From contig NC_043018.1 in the NCBI RefSeq assembly GCF_006345805.1, positions 7,874,001-7,938,000 of the forward strand: a stretch of 64,000 nucleotides of DNA, written 5' to 3'. Below are positions 23,390 to 36,989 of this stretch, piece by piece; positions within the stretch are counted from its first letter, which is position 1, and every line of letters begins with the position of its first letter. The stretch comes from Octopus sinensis (taxonomy: Eukaryota). The position numbers were made by a program, and so were the translations under genes. The notes below the pieces were generated by a model, which worked only from the letters and a program-made list of their open reading frames with translations, searched no databases and was not told where the DNA came from.

Positions 23390-24017
23390 TCCCCCTAGCA
23401 TTGCTTGACAACCGATGCTGGTATGTTTACGTCCCCGTCACTTAGCGGTTCGGCAAAAGAGACCAATAGAATAAGTACTGGGCTTACAAAGAATAAGTCC
23501 CGGGGTCGAGTTGCTTGATTAAAGGCAGTGCTCCAGCATGGCCGCAGTCAAATGACTGAAACAAGCAAAAGAGTAAAGTGTATATGTACTAGCAATGCAG
23601 GCGTTCCAACACCCTAGTGATATTTAGTTACAATTATAGATTTCCTTTTTGGTAACACATTGCACACAGCTGTCTATGTTAATTTTTTTGTATACACATC
23701 ATTATATCCCTAAATCATCCATAGATTTTAATACTGAACACAGTCTCTCTTGATGAGGCTACAAAATTAGATAAAACGGACCAGTCAGGAAAGGGAATTC
23801 TCGATCGGTGTTTTCAGGTGATTACAGTCCCTGTTAGTACATATGTATACAATTATGTGTTTTAATTACAGCATTACAGCTTCTTAGGTATTATTTCTAG
23901 CATTGTAGGTGTTCTAACACCCGAGTCATATTTAGTGACAATTATAGATTTCCTTTTTGGTAATACATTGCACATAGCTGTCTATGTTAATTTCATATAT
24001 ATATATATGTACTTTAT

Positions 24018-24057
<40 letters not shown>

Positions 24058-24163
24058 AGTGAATTGAAGAAATGGAGTTGAACGAAGATTGAACAGAATT
24101 CCTTTTATTGCATTCTACACATGTTTCAAAAGCCACAATTTTCCATCTTTCTATCTTAACAAA

Positions 24164-24244
<81 letters not shown>

Positions 24245-24246
<2 letters not shown>

Positions 24247-25248
24247 GGTGGTAGCAGGGAATTGTATCAGACTGCTAAAAGGGAAGCTAGGAGACAGGTG
24301 TATTTAGCCAGAGGGGAAGCAGATAAGAAAAATTTGCCAATGTTCTGTGCCGTGAGGACCAAAGACTGGAGGTGTTTCGTGTTGCAAGACAGTGTGTGAG
24401 AGAGAATTGTGATGTGGTAGGAGAGAAGTGTGTTCGCATGGAAGATGGTTCACCTGCGCTAAATGAGGATGCAAAGAGAGAGGTTTGGAGACGCCACTAT
24501 GAAAGGTTGCTGAATAAAGAAAATGAATGGGATAAAGAGAGTCTGCCGAATGTTGACCCAACAGAGGGACCAGCTATCAGGGAACCCGTGGAAGAGGTAG
24601 ACCCAGGAAAACTTGGGACGAAGTGGTGAAGCACGACCTTCGAACTTTAGGTCTCACTGAGGAAATGACCAGCGACCGAGACCTTTGGAAATATGCTGTG
24701 CATGAAAAGACCAGGCAGGACAAGTGAGTCCAGCCCACTTATGCATGCCTTTCCTCCCTTGGACACACAAAGACCTGTTGAGGCAAGCGAAGTTGATATT
24801 GAACCTCATCCGACGACAGGCACCTATGCCAACCCCGCTTTGCTTGCGAAGACCTGTTGGGGCAAGTGAAATCGGAATCGAAATTGAACCAATCCTATGA
24901 CTGGCACCTGGCAGATGCCAGGACTCCTGGACTGGAGATACGTAAAAAGCACTATCCGAATCGTGGCCGATGCCAGCGCCACCTTGACTGGCTTCCGTGT
25001 CGGTGGCACGTAAAATGCACCAATCCGACCGTGGCCGATGCCAGCCTCGCCTGGCACCAGTGCAGGTGGCACGTAAAAAGCACCCACTACACTCATGGAG
25101 TGGTTGGCGTTAGGAAGGGCATCCAGCTGTAGAAACATTGCCAGATAAGACCAGAGCCTGGTGCAGCCTTCTGGCTTCCCAGATCCCCGGTCGAACCGTC
25201 CAACCCATGCTAGCATGGAGAACAGACGTTAAACGATGATGATGATGA

Positions 25249-25252
<4 letters not shown>
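24245..25252 (+). mobile_element. Internally deleted RTE LINE
   Basis: RT N-terminal piece (VFRVARQCVRENCDVVGEKC...EGPAI) joins directly to the C-terminal [11 protein letters not shown] region and 3'UTR. Confidence 0.85.
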
Positions 25253-25311
<59 letters not shown>

Positions 25312-25559
25312 CACTGTGATCACCGTACACCAACCAGGCTATCACATGTTGCTACACATCGCTGGTGGTGAAAGAGTACAGCAGGGATCACCAACACTCC
25401 CTGCCTGAGCCTTGTTGAGCTTTTTTAGGGGTTTTCACTCAACAAACACAACGCCCGGTCTGGGAATCAAAACCACGATCCTACGACCGTGAGTACGCTT
25501 CCCTAACCACTGGCCCTTGCGCTTCTACACACACACACACACACACATATATTCAATAT

Positions 25560-25775
25560 ATGACCACGTGCGAATCGTTAGTGATTTTCTTTCTCCGTCT
25601 TCCCTTCTTTGGACCTTTTCTTTTTCTATGTTTCTGACGAAGAGCTCTGCTCGAAACGTTAAATCCTCCTTCTTTCTTTCCTTTCCTGAGCATCCAATAA
25701 CACTATACTTGTTCCATGTCCTCGCATTGTTGTGTTTTCTCTTTGTTCATGTTTGGATTAACTATATAACATATA
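25560..25775 (+). mobile_element. ~210-bp element with hammerhead-like motif, ending TTGGATTAAC(TA)n (copy 1 of 3)
   Basis: ctgacgaagagctctgctcgaaacgttaa at 25634-25662; homologs at 53580-53765 and 55850-56065. Confidence 0.75.
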
Positions 25776-26750
25776 TATAGGTTTCTGTGCTAATGTACAC
25801 TTGGTTGCTTTCAATGACCTTCACATAATTTCTCAACTTGTTGAAGGTGTCTTCAATTGGGTGTCGTAAATGTATATGTGCATGTAGGTATTATCTGTGT
25901 TTTTAGGGGTGTATTTTTTATTTTATAAAGCCAAAAACAACACAAGTCACTTGAAATAATAATTGGTAATAGTCAATGATTGGTATTTTTACCTTGTACT
26001 TCAACATTTCAGTGCTAGGATCCCTTACCGTTTCTCTGAAGATTTCCTGAAGAAATCCTAACCCCATAATATTGAAATACAAGGTAAAAGTACAAACCAA
26101 TTATTTCTTACGACGTGTTGTTCCAGTTTTGTAAAAAAAAGAAAATCAAAAGCGTTTATATAGGCGTAGGAGTGGCTGTGTGGTAAGTAGCTTGCTTACG
26201 AATCACATAGTTCCGAGTTCAGTCCCACTGCATTGCACCCTGGGCAAGTGTCTTCTACTATAGCCTCGGGCCGACCAAAGCCTTGTGAGTGGATTTGGTA
26301 GACGGAAACTGAAAAGAAGCCCATCGTATATATGTATATATATATATATATATAATATATATATACGTTTAAATATTTGTTGTGCAAGATTTTTTATGTG
26401 AAGTCGTGTGTTGAATATGACCATTCCGAAATATAACAATATATATATATATATATATGTATGTGTGTATATGTTTGTGCGTCTGTGTTTGTCCCCCAAC
26501 ATCACTTGACAACCGATGCTGGTGTGTTTAAGTCCCCGTAACATAGTGGTTCGGCATAAGAGACCGATAGAATAAGTACTAGGCTTACAAAGAATAAGTC
26601 CTGGGGTCAATTTGCTCGACTAAAGGCGGTGCTCCAGGATGGCCACAGCCACATGACTGAAACAAGTAAAAAGAGTATATATATCAGAAATGCTTCATGC
26701 AAACTAAATTACTCTACAATTCATTTTTGTAAATATATGTGTTCTATAGT

Positions 26751-26997
26751 GGAGGCGCGTGGCTTAGTGGTTAGGGTGTCAGCACTATGATCATAAGATT
26801 GTGGTTTCGATTCCTGGACTGGGCAATGCGTTGTGTTCTTCAGTAAAACACTTCATTTCACGTTGCTCCAGTCCACTCAGCTGGCAAAAATGAGTAACGC
26901 TGTGATGGACTGGTGTACCATCCAGCTGGGGAACACATACGCCATAGAAACCGGGAAACCGGGCCCATGAGCCTGGCTAGGCTTTAAAAGGGCGCAT
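26751..26997 (+). mobile_element. tRNA-headed SINE family D (tail gagcctggctaggctt.aaaagggcgcat)
   Basis: Box A/B head. Related copies 43969-44188(-), 50425-50690(-), 56771-57072(-), partial 25370-25525(-). Confidence 0.85.
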
Positions 26998-27119
26998 TTA
27001 TTTATTTATATGTGTACTATATTGTATAAGTAGGTAAGTATCTTTGAGTATTGTCTACACTAGAGTGTGTGTGTGTGTGCATGTTTAGATATGCTTATGT
27101 TTTTGTACCTGTATGTGAG

Positions 27120-27452
27120 ATACCAGGGCTGGTGGCACGTAAGAGAACCATCTGAACGTGACCGTTGCCAGCTCCACCCCGACCAGCATCCGTGCCGGTG
27201 GCACGTAAAAAGCACCATCCGATTGTGGCCGTTTGCCAGCCTCGTCTGGCACCTGTGCAGGTGGCACATAAAAAGCACCCACTACACTCTCGGAGTGGTT
27301 GGCGTTAGGAAGGGCATCCAGCTGTAGAAACACTGCCAGATCAGACTGGAGCCTGGCGCAGCCTTCTGGCTTCTCAGACCCCAGTTGAACCGTCCAACCC
27401 ATGCTAGTATGGAAAACGGACGCTAAACGATGATGATGATGATGATGATGTG
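27120..27452 (+). mobile_element. RTE 3'UTR fragment
   Basis: Same UTR and GATGAT tail as other copies. Further fragments at 33817-34215(-) and 57615-58310(-). Confidence 0.85.
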
Positions 27453-29392
27453 ATTGCATTGTTGTAGTTTCTGTGGAGGTGTATGATTAGAGAGTGTGTA
27501 GAGAAGTGGGCAAAGTAGAAAGAGCGCTGAACTTCAGCCTTTAGAGTTCAGATTACTCTCTCAAACGATAAGCTCATTTCTTCATGTTGTTTTGAATTAG
27601 TCATGCATTACCTTGAAGCTTTCAGATTTCAATGATATGATTGTTTATTTAGAATGACATTGTAGGGTAGGTATGACAGGTCAGATCTGACCAATTTGAA
27701 CATAAAACAGGTTGAATATTTTGGTCGGATATGGCCAGCTTAACCCTTTCGTTACCATATCTATTTTGAGATGCTCTGTGTTTCTTTCAATTATTTTAAA
27801 TATAACAAAGAATTTAGTAAAATAACTTAGCTATCATTAAGCTAGTGTTAGGAATATAAATTGCGACTAAGGTTTGGTGGTATATTTTGATGCAAAACTT
27901 ATGCAAACAAGACAGTTGTACTACAGAACCAGAGCAGGTTATGGCCAGGTTAGTAACGAAAGGGTTAAATCCTAAAAGGTTAAGTTTTTGGTGACAGAAT
28001 TTTGAGAATTCACATTCAAATTTCCTAAGCCCTCATTCTTTCTCTCACACCTTTGATCTATATATCTTTCTACTGCTGACCTATTTAAATTTGCAATTTA
28101 CGATTTCGTGAAGTATTTTTGTGGTTTTCCTTGTCATTTATCTGTCTCCAGCTGTAACTTGAATCCCTGACCCATAAATTTTGATTGCTGGGTTTTTCCA
28201 ATTGTGGGCTATGGTGAGAAGAAATTTTTTGTTTTTGATTTTTGTTTATAACCACATGTTTCTGGGTTCAGTCCCACTGTGTGGCACCTTGGGCAAGTGT
28301 CCTCTACTATAGCCTCCGGTCGACCAAAGCCTCGTGGAAGGATTTTGTTGGCAGAAACTGAAAGAAGCCTGTTGTGTGTGCGTCTTTGTTTGTCCTCTAC
28401 CACTGCTTGACAACCGATGTTGTTTTGTTTGCATCCTCATACATTAGTAGCTCAAAAAAAGAGACCATTACAATAAGTACCAGGGTTGATTGATTTGACT
28501 AAAAATTCTTCAAGGTGGAGGAGTGGCTGTGTGGTAAGTTGCTTGCTTACCAACCACATGGTTCCGGGTTCAGTCCCACTGCGTGGCATCTTGGGCAAGT
28601 GTCTTCTGCTATTGCCTCGGGCGGACCAAACCCTTGTGAGTGGATTTGGTAGACGGAAACTGAAAGAAGCCTGTCGTATATATGTATATATATATATGTG
28701 TGTGTAAATGTTTGTGTGTCTGTGTTTGTCCCCCTAGCATTGCTTGACAACCGATGCTGGTGTGTTTATGTCCCCGTCACTTAGCGGTTTGACAAAAGAG
28801 ACCGATAGAATAAGTACTGGGCTTACAAAGAATAAGTCCCGGAGTCGATTTGCTGGACTAAAGGCGGTTCTCCAGCATGGCCGCAGTCAAATGACTGAAA
28901 CAAGTAAAAGAGTAAAAGAGAGTAAAGAGAGAGTGGAGCCCCAGCATGGCCACATGAAACAAATAAAAAGTAAAACAATAAGGATTGATAACAACTGACA
29001 TTCTAGGATGTATTTTTGCTTTGTTTTGTAAGAGTAAATTATTTGTCATTTCTTATGGAAGTTTCTGTACAGCTGCAAAAGGTTGTGTTTAAAGAGGGAA
29101 CATTTGGTAAAAAATATCATTTTACAAGTGCAAAATATCATTTAACCAAAAATACCATTTACCAGTCTGCGTAGATATAGCCTGGTTCTAAAGTTACACT
29201 AAGCAACCACATAAAGAAGGCACCCGGATGCATACTACACAATTCTTAACTCATTTTTTCATATTACACAAAATATATCTTGTTCTATTTGGGGACGGTC
29301 ATGTTGCCAGTTTAGCCAATAAAAACACACACACTATATATTCGGTGATACTTTGCTTCAGCTTTATTTTATTTTTTACATTAATCATATTT

Positions 29393-29438
29393 CGGCCAGA
29401 GTTCTTTCGTCACACTTTTGTGACCTCATCAGTGGTCC
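29393..29438 (-). ncRNA. Hammerhead-like motif with one extra nucleotide before stem II
   Basis: ggacca CUGAUGA G GUCAC aaaagu GUGAC GAAA G aa CUC uggcc: stem I 5 bp with bulge, CUC triplet. Confidence 0.6.
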
Positions 29439-29465
29439 TTTGCTTTCTTCTTTCTTAGGACCATA

Positions 29466-32400
29466 TCATCATCATCATCATCATCATTAACGTCCGCTTT
29501 CAATGCTAGCATGGTTGACGGTCAACTGGGGTTGGGGAGCCCGAAAGCTGCACCAGTCCGTCAGATCTGGCAGTGTTCTACAGCTGGATGCCCTTCTAAC
29601 GCCAACCACTCCGAGAGTGTAGTGGGTGATTTTATGTGCCACCGACACAGTGCCAGACGAGGCTGGCAAACGGCCACGCTCGGATGTTGTTTTTTTGTGC
29701 CACCGAACACAGGTGCCAGACGAGGCTGGCAGACGGCCACGCTCGGATGGTGTTTTATGTCCACCGACACAGGTGCCAGATGAGGCTGGCCAAAACGGCC
29801 ACGATCGGATGGTGCTTGTTACGTGCCCACAGCATGGAGGCCAGTCGACGATGCGGTATGGCTACGGCCACGTTCGGATGGTATGCACAGGTGGACTGAT
29901 ACGTCCCAGGTAGGGGCCAGGGTTATGGCCTGACTAGTCTTGCCGGGTCTTCGGATGGTGTTTTTATGTGCCACCGACACAGTGCTAGATGAGGCTGGCG
30001 AAACAGCCACGATCGGAGGGGGTTTGTCATGTGCCACCGCATGACTACAGCACTGATGGATTCTTGTGTGCCACAGGCACTGGTACCCAAGATACAAATT
30101 CCATTGATGTTCATCTATTTGTCTATTTTGATTTGATTTGATTTGATTTGATTTTCACTTGCCCTCAAACCGGTCTTCACAGGTGTCACAAGAGGAAGGT
30201 ATGCACAGGTGGACTGACTAGTCTTGCGGGTCTCGGAAAGTGTTTTTATGTGCCACCGACACAGGTGCCAGATGAGGCTGGCGAACGGCCATTGATCGGA
30301 TGGTGTTTGTTACGTGCCCACAGCAGGAGGCCGGTCGATGCGGAACTGGCTACGCCACGTTCGGATGGTTCTCTTGTGTGCCACCGGCACTGGTACCACA
30401 AAGTGTGTGCCACCGGCACTGGTACCACAAAGATACAGATTCCATTGATGTTCATCTATTTTGATTTGTTTTGATTTTGATTTTGATTTTCACTTGCCTC
30501 AACAGGTCTTCACAAGTGTCACAAGAAGGAAGGTATGCACAGGTGGACTGACTACGTCCCAGGTAGGGGCCATGGGTTATGGCCTGACTAGTCTTGGGGT
30601 CTTCGGATGGTTTTTTTTATGTGCCACCGACACAGGTTCTAGATGAGGCTGGCGAACGGCCACGATCGGATGGTGTTTGTCAGTGCCCACAGCACGGAGG
30701 CCAGTCGATGCGGTACTGGCTACGGCCACGTTCGGATGGTTTTCTTGTGTGCCACAGGCACTGGTACCACAAGATACAAATTCCATTGATGTTCATCTAT
30801 TTTGATTGATTTTCACTTGCCTCAGCAGGTCTTCAACGAGTGTCACAAGAAGGAAGGTATGCACAGGTGGATCGACTACGTCCCAGGTAGGGGCCACGGA
30901 TATGGCCTGACTAGTCCTGCCAGGTCCTCTCATGCACAGCACACTTCCATAGGACTCGGTCTTCAGTCATTTCCTTGGTGAGACCTAAAGTTCGAAGGTC
31001 GTGCTTCACCACCTCGTCCCAGGTTTTCCTGGGTCTACCTCTTCCACAGGTTCCCTCAACTGCTAGGGGTAGCACTTTTGCACACAACTATCTTCAGCCA
31101 TTCTCGTCACATGACCATACCAGCGCAGCCGTCTCTCTTGCACACCACAACTGACACTTCTTAGGTTCAACTTTTCTCTCAAAGTACTTACACTCTGACG
31201 ATTATGAACACTGACATTACACATCCATCGGAGCATACTGGCTTCATTTCTTGCAAGCTTACGCATATCCTCAGCTGTCACGGCCCATGTTTCACTACAT
31301 ATAGCATGGCTGTACGTACACACCATCATATAGTCTGCCTTTTACTCTTAGCGAGAGGCCTTTTGTCACCAGCAGGGTAAGAGCTCTCTAAACTTTGCCC
31401 AGGCTATTCTTACTCTAGCAGTTACACTTCAGCACCACCCACCCCCGCTACTGACTTGGTCTCCTAGGTAGCGGAAGCTATAACTACTTCTAGTTTGTCT
31501 CCCGGAACGTGGTAGAGTTGGTCTCTGCACATTTCCAGTGTTTATTTCTCTTGGAGGCATCTGCCACAGACAAAAACTATTTTCTTAGTTAGCCTTCCTT
31601 TGACATTGCTGCACCTCTTATGTGTCCATAGCTTCACTTGGTGCACCTTATAGAGTTTCTACCTACACCTTTTTTACAGATCGAGCAGGGCCATCTACCT
31701 GAAGTCGTTTGTGGTTGGTCCGCCTTCCTACTTATTAGGACTTTGGTTTTGGCTAGGTTGATTCTAAGGCCCTTCGATTCTAATCCTTGTTTCCACACAC
31801 CTGAAACTTCTCCTCCAGTTCTGATAGTGACTCAGCAATTAGAGCAAGGTCATCAGCATATAGGAGCTCCCAGGGGCATCCTGTCTTAAATTCTTCCGTT
31901 ATTGCCTGGAGGACTATGATAATAGGAGGGGGCTGAGGACTGAACCTTGGTGGACCCCAACCTCTACCCGAAATTCTTCACTGTACTCGTTGCCAACCCT
32001 CACCTTACTAGCTGCATCTCTGTACATGGCTCGCACAGCTCTCACTAACCATTCATCTATCCCTAGTTTCCTCATTGACCACCAGATAAGGGATCGGGGG
32101 ACCCTGTCAAAGGCTTTCTCTAGTTCAACAAAGCCAGGTACAAGGGCTTACCTTTGGCTAGGTATTTCTCCTGCAGCTGTCTTACCAGGAATATAGCATC
32201 AGTAGTACTTTTCCCTGGCACGAACCCAAACTGCATATCATCTAAGCTACTCTCTCTCTAATTAACTGGGCTATAACCCTCTCCGTAACCTTCATTACCT
32301 GATCCACAGCTTGATGCCCCTGTAGTTATTTGTATCTAGGGCATCGCCTTTACCTTTGTAGCAGTTGACTATTATGCTGCTACACCAGTCATTGGGTATG

Positions 32401-33800
32401 ACTCCTTCGTGTATCACCTGGTTAACTATACGGGTGACTATGCTATAGCCGACACTACCCGATATTTTGAGCATCTCTGCAGTAATTCCTGATGGGCCTG
32501 GGGCTTTCCCTGTCTTCATGCTTCTAATTGCCTTAGCTACCACGGAACTATCAACTCGGATAGCTGGTCCCTCTGTTGGGTCAACATTCGGCAGACTCTC
32601 TTTATCCCATTCATTCATTTTCCTCATTCAGCAACCTTTCATAGTGGCGTCTCCAAGCTTCTCTCTTTGCATCCTCATTTAGCGCAAGTGAACCATCCTC
32701 CATGCGAACACATTTCTCTCCTACCACATCTCGATTCTCTCTCACACACTGTCTTGCAACACGAAATACCTCAAGTCTTTCATCCTCACGGCGCAGGACA
32801 TTGGCAAATTTTCTTTTATCTGCTTCCCCTCTGGCTAGATAGACCTGTCTCCTGGCTTCCCTTCTGGCAGTCTGATACACTTCCCTGCTACCACCGTTCT
32901 TCCAGGCCTTCCAAGCCTGTTTCTTTTGTCTAATAGCCCTATCAACAATATTGTTCCACCACCATGTTATTTTGGGTCTTAAGGGGACTTTGCACCAGCC
33001 ACAGATCTGGTCAGGCGGCTTTCAGCAGGTTGTCCCTCAGAAACGTCCAGTTGTCTTCTACCCCATGTGTAGCTATACCCCCCTTCCGCTTCGTCAAAGG
33101 CTTCAAGTACATATCTCTAAATCTCTGTCCATTCGCAGGGTCTTAAGCTTCCAGACCCTTCTTCTCCATGTTGGTCGTCTTCTAGTCGCCCTCTTAGTCC
33201 TGATCCTAAAGTCACTAACTACCAGTCTATGTTGTGGGGTGCATTCTTCGCCTGGAAGGTTTTGGCATTTATAAGCAGCCATCTTTCCCTTTTTCTGGCG
33301 AGGATGGTAGTCGATTGGCTAGTATGCCGGCCCAATCGGTAGGTGACCAGGTGGCTTGTTGGTTTCCTGAAGTTAGTGTTGCAGATCATAAGACTATTCG
33401 CATCGCAGAACTCCAGCAGCCTGGTTCCCTCCTCGTTGCGGGAACCATAACCGTAGCCTCCATGCACGCCATGGAAGCCCCCAGCATGTCGTCCAACATG
33501 CCCATTGAAATCACCAGCCACAAAGAGAAGGTCCCTGTCGTTCGTCAATGAGGGTGGTCTGCAGTAGGGTGTCATAGAAACTGTCTTTCTGTCCATCGGG
33601 TAGCCCTGGCTGAGGGGCATAGGCCGATATAATGGTTTTAATCTATTATAAGCACTATTCTAATCTTAAGTATTCTGTCACTTACTCTGATACCTCATTA
33701 CTCTATCTATCCATTTCTCAGCAATAAGTATACCCACGCCACCAACCCCGTCAGTGTTCCCTGCCCAGAAAATCTTGTACCTGTGTTCCTTGCCTGTGAG
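29466..33800 (-). mobile_element. ~4.3-kb decayed RTE-clade LINE (AP endonuclease + RT, 5'-truncated)
   Basis: APE motifs (GVGGVGILIAEKW, SAYAPQ, VAGDFNGHVG, NEEGTRLLEFC); RT motifs (KTGKAPGPSGI, YKGKGDALDTNNYRGIKL, GVHQGSVLSP, ELLYADDL); C-terminal RLRWYGHV; multiple stops/frameshifts; GATGAT tail at 29466. Confidence 0.95.
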
Positions 33801-35012
33801 TCATATATATTTATATATCATCATCATCATCATTTAACGTCCGTTTTTCATGCTAGCATGGGTTGGACGGTTCGACCGGGGTCTGGTATGCCATGGAGGC
33901 TGCACCAGGCTCCGGTCTTATCTGGCAATGTTTCTACAGCTGGATGCCCTTCCTAACACCATCCACTCCGTGAGTGTAGTGGGTGTTTTTTACGTGCCAC
34001 CGGCACTGGGGCCAGGCAAGGCTGGCAAATGGCCACGATCGGTTGGTGCTTTTACATGTCACCGACACAGATGCCAGTCAGGTGGCATTGGCATCTGCCA
34101 CGTTCGGATGGTGCTTTTAACGTGTCACCGGCACAGGTATCTTAACAACAATTTCCATTTGAATTTTTATTTTGATATTGATGTACTTGACTCAGTAGGT
34201 CTCCTCAAGCACATATATATTTTTTCAGTATATATATATATATATATATGTATATACACACATGCATATATATATGTACATACACACACACACACACATA
34301 TATATCGCCCAAATGAGAAAAATATCAGAGTAAATGTATAAAGCAGTGTTTGCATATAACTGCAATTTAGGTCAGCTGAAATATGTTTGTCACATGTTTC
34401 AACTGCTAAAGGCAAATACACTGCATGTTGTGTTCTTGAGCAAGACTCTTCATGTTGCTCCAGTTCACTCAGCTGTATAAATGAGTTGTGACAACACAGG
34501 TGCCAAGCTGTATCAGCCTTTGCCTTTTCCTTGCATAACACTGGTGGCATGGAGAGTAGAGGCCGGGGTGCATGGGCGTTTTTCATAGGCGTAGGAGTGG
34601 CTGTGTGGTAAGTAGTTTGCTTACCAACCACATGGTTCTGGGTTCATTCCCACTGCGTGGCACCTTGGGCAAGTATCTTCTACTATAGCCTCGGGCTGAC
34701 CAAAGCCTTGTGAATCGATTTGGTAGACAGAAACTGAAAGAAGCCCGTCGTATATATATGTATATATATGCGTGTTTGTGTGTCTGTGTTTGTCCCCCTA
34801 GCATTGCTTGACAATCGATGCTGATGTGTTTATGTCCCCGTTACTTAGCGGTTCGGCAAAAGAGACCGATAGAATAAGTACTAGGCTTACAAAAGAATAA
34901 GTCCCAGGGTCGAGTTGCTCGATTAAAGGCGGTGCTCCAGCATGGCCGCAGTCAAATGACTGAAACAAGTAAAAGAGTAAAAGAGTATATATATATATAT
35001 ATATATAATATA

Positions 35013-35046
<34 letters not shown>

Positions 35047-35466
35047 TGAGGGAATATTATTCCAAACTTACAGGGAAAAATTCAATTTAGAAATACTAAA
35101 TCAAATATCACAAAATATAATATATATATATATCCAAATTTATATGTTTTTACTTTTTTGCACTTTTTTTAATCATCGTTATATGTTTTATCTTATATTT
35201 AATCTTTCTTATAAGAAGTAATTTTTCTAAATGGTATAATTTATTTTTTCATTATTGAATTGATAAAAGGTGTCTTTTTTTTCTAATTTATATATATGTA
35301 TATATATATACAACTTATAAACAAGGGCAAAAGAAAAAATTTCTTATTTTCTTTTTCCTTTTTCTTTTGCCCTTCTTTAGAAGTTGTTTATAAATTTAAC
35401 CTTTGAAGGTATTTTTTAATATGCTGGCCATTGATAAAATTTTTTCGAAAAATTTTATCCTATATT

Positions 35467-35521
<55 letters not shown>

Positions 35522-36517
35522 CAATATATATGAGTGTTAAGCGAAAACCGATTAAGGATATGTAACAGGATGTACAGAGAAACGACAATGAAATCATCGA
35601 ATGAGAAGGCAGAACAGCAAACAAATGTATCCAATCCCCCTCCCACTACTCCCACCATATGGAGGCCACATGCATAAGTTCAGATGAACCCAACTGCAAG
35701 TGCAGATTTCGGTAATATGTACACACACACACACACACACACCACACGAACACACAATCCAGGCTATATATACTCTTACTCTCTTTACTCTTTTACTTGT
35801 TTCAGTCATTTGACTGCGGCCATGCTGGAGCACCACCTTTAGTCGAGCAAATCGACCCCAGGACTTATTCTTTGTAAGCCTAGTACTTTTTCTATCGGTC
35901 TCATTTGCCGAACCGCTAAGTTACGGGGACGTAAACACACCAGCATCGGTTGTCAAGCGATGTTGGGGGAACAAATACAGACACAGAAACACACACATAT
36001 ATATGCATATACATATATACAACAGGCTTCTTTCAGTTTCTGTCTACCAAATCCACTCACAAGGCTTTGGTCAGCCTGAGGCTATAGTAGAAGACACTTG
36101 CCCAAGGTGCCACGCAGTGGGATTGAACCCGGAACCATGTGGTTTGTAAGCAAGCTACTTACCACACAGCTACTCCTGCGCCTATATATTTCCTTGAAAG
36201 TAATAATTACTCAACAAGGGGTACTCCACTAGCACCTTCTACATCTATAAACTATTACTGTTTCTGAAAGCTGTTTTTTCTTATATCTACCACAGACTGC
36301 TCAAATCTTACTGCCCTTCCTTCACCTAGATCCTTGGATCTTGCAATTACATACATAGGTGCAGGAGTGGCTGTGTGGTAAGTAGCTTGCTTACAAACCA
36401 CATGGTTCCGGGTTCAGTCCCACTATGTGGCACCTTGGGCAAGTGTCTTCTACTATAGCCTTGGGCCGACCAAAGCCTTGTGAGTGGATTTGGTAGATGG
36501 AAACTGAAAGAAGCCCG

Positions 36518-36584
<67 letters not shown>

Positions 36585-36989
36585 GTATATATATATGTAT
36601 ATATATATGTATATATATATATGTATATATATATGTATATATATATATATATGTATGTATGTGTGTGTGGATATGTTTGTGTGTCTGTGTTTGTTCCCCC
36701 CAACCGATGCTGGTGTGTTTACATCCCCGTAACTTAGCAGTTCAGCAAAAGAGACCAATAGAATAAGTACTAGGCTTCCAAAGAATAAGTCCTGGGGTCG
36801 ATTTGCTCGACTAAAGGTGGTGCTCCAGCATGGCCACAGTCAAATGACTGAAACAAGTAAAAGAGTAAATACATATATATATATATATATATATATAAAC
36901 ATCACTGAAGTGAACAAGGGTACTAATCAGCACCAATATTGCTGAAAATAAGAGTCAAAACAACTCAATAGCCCTCCCTATGCTCAACT

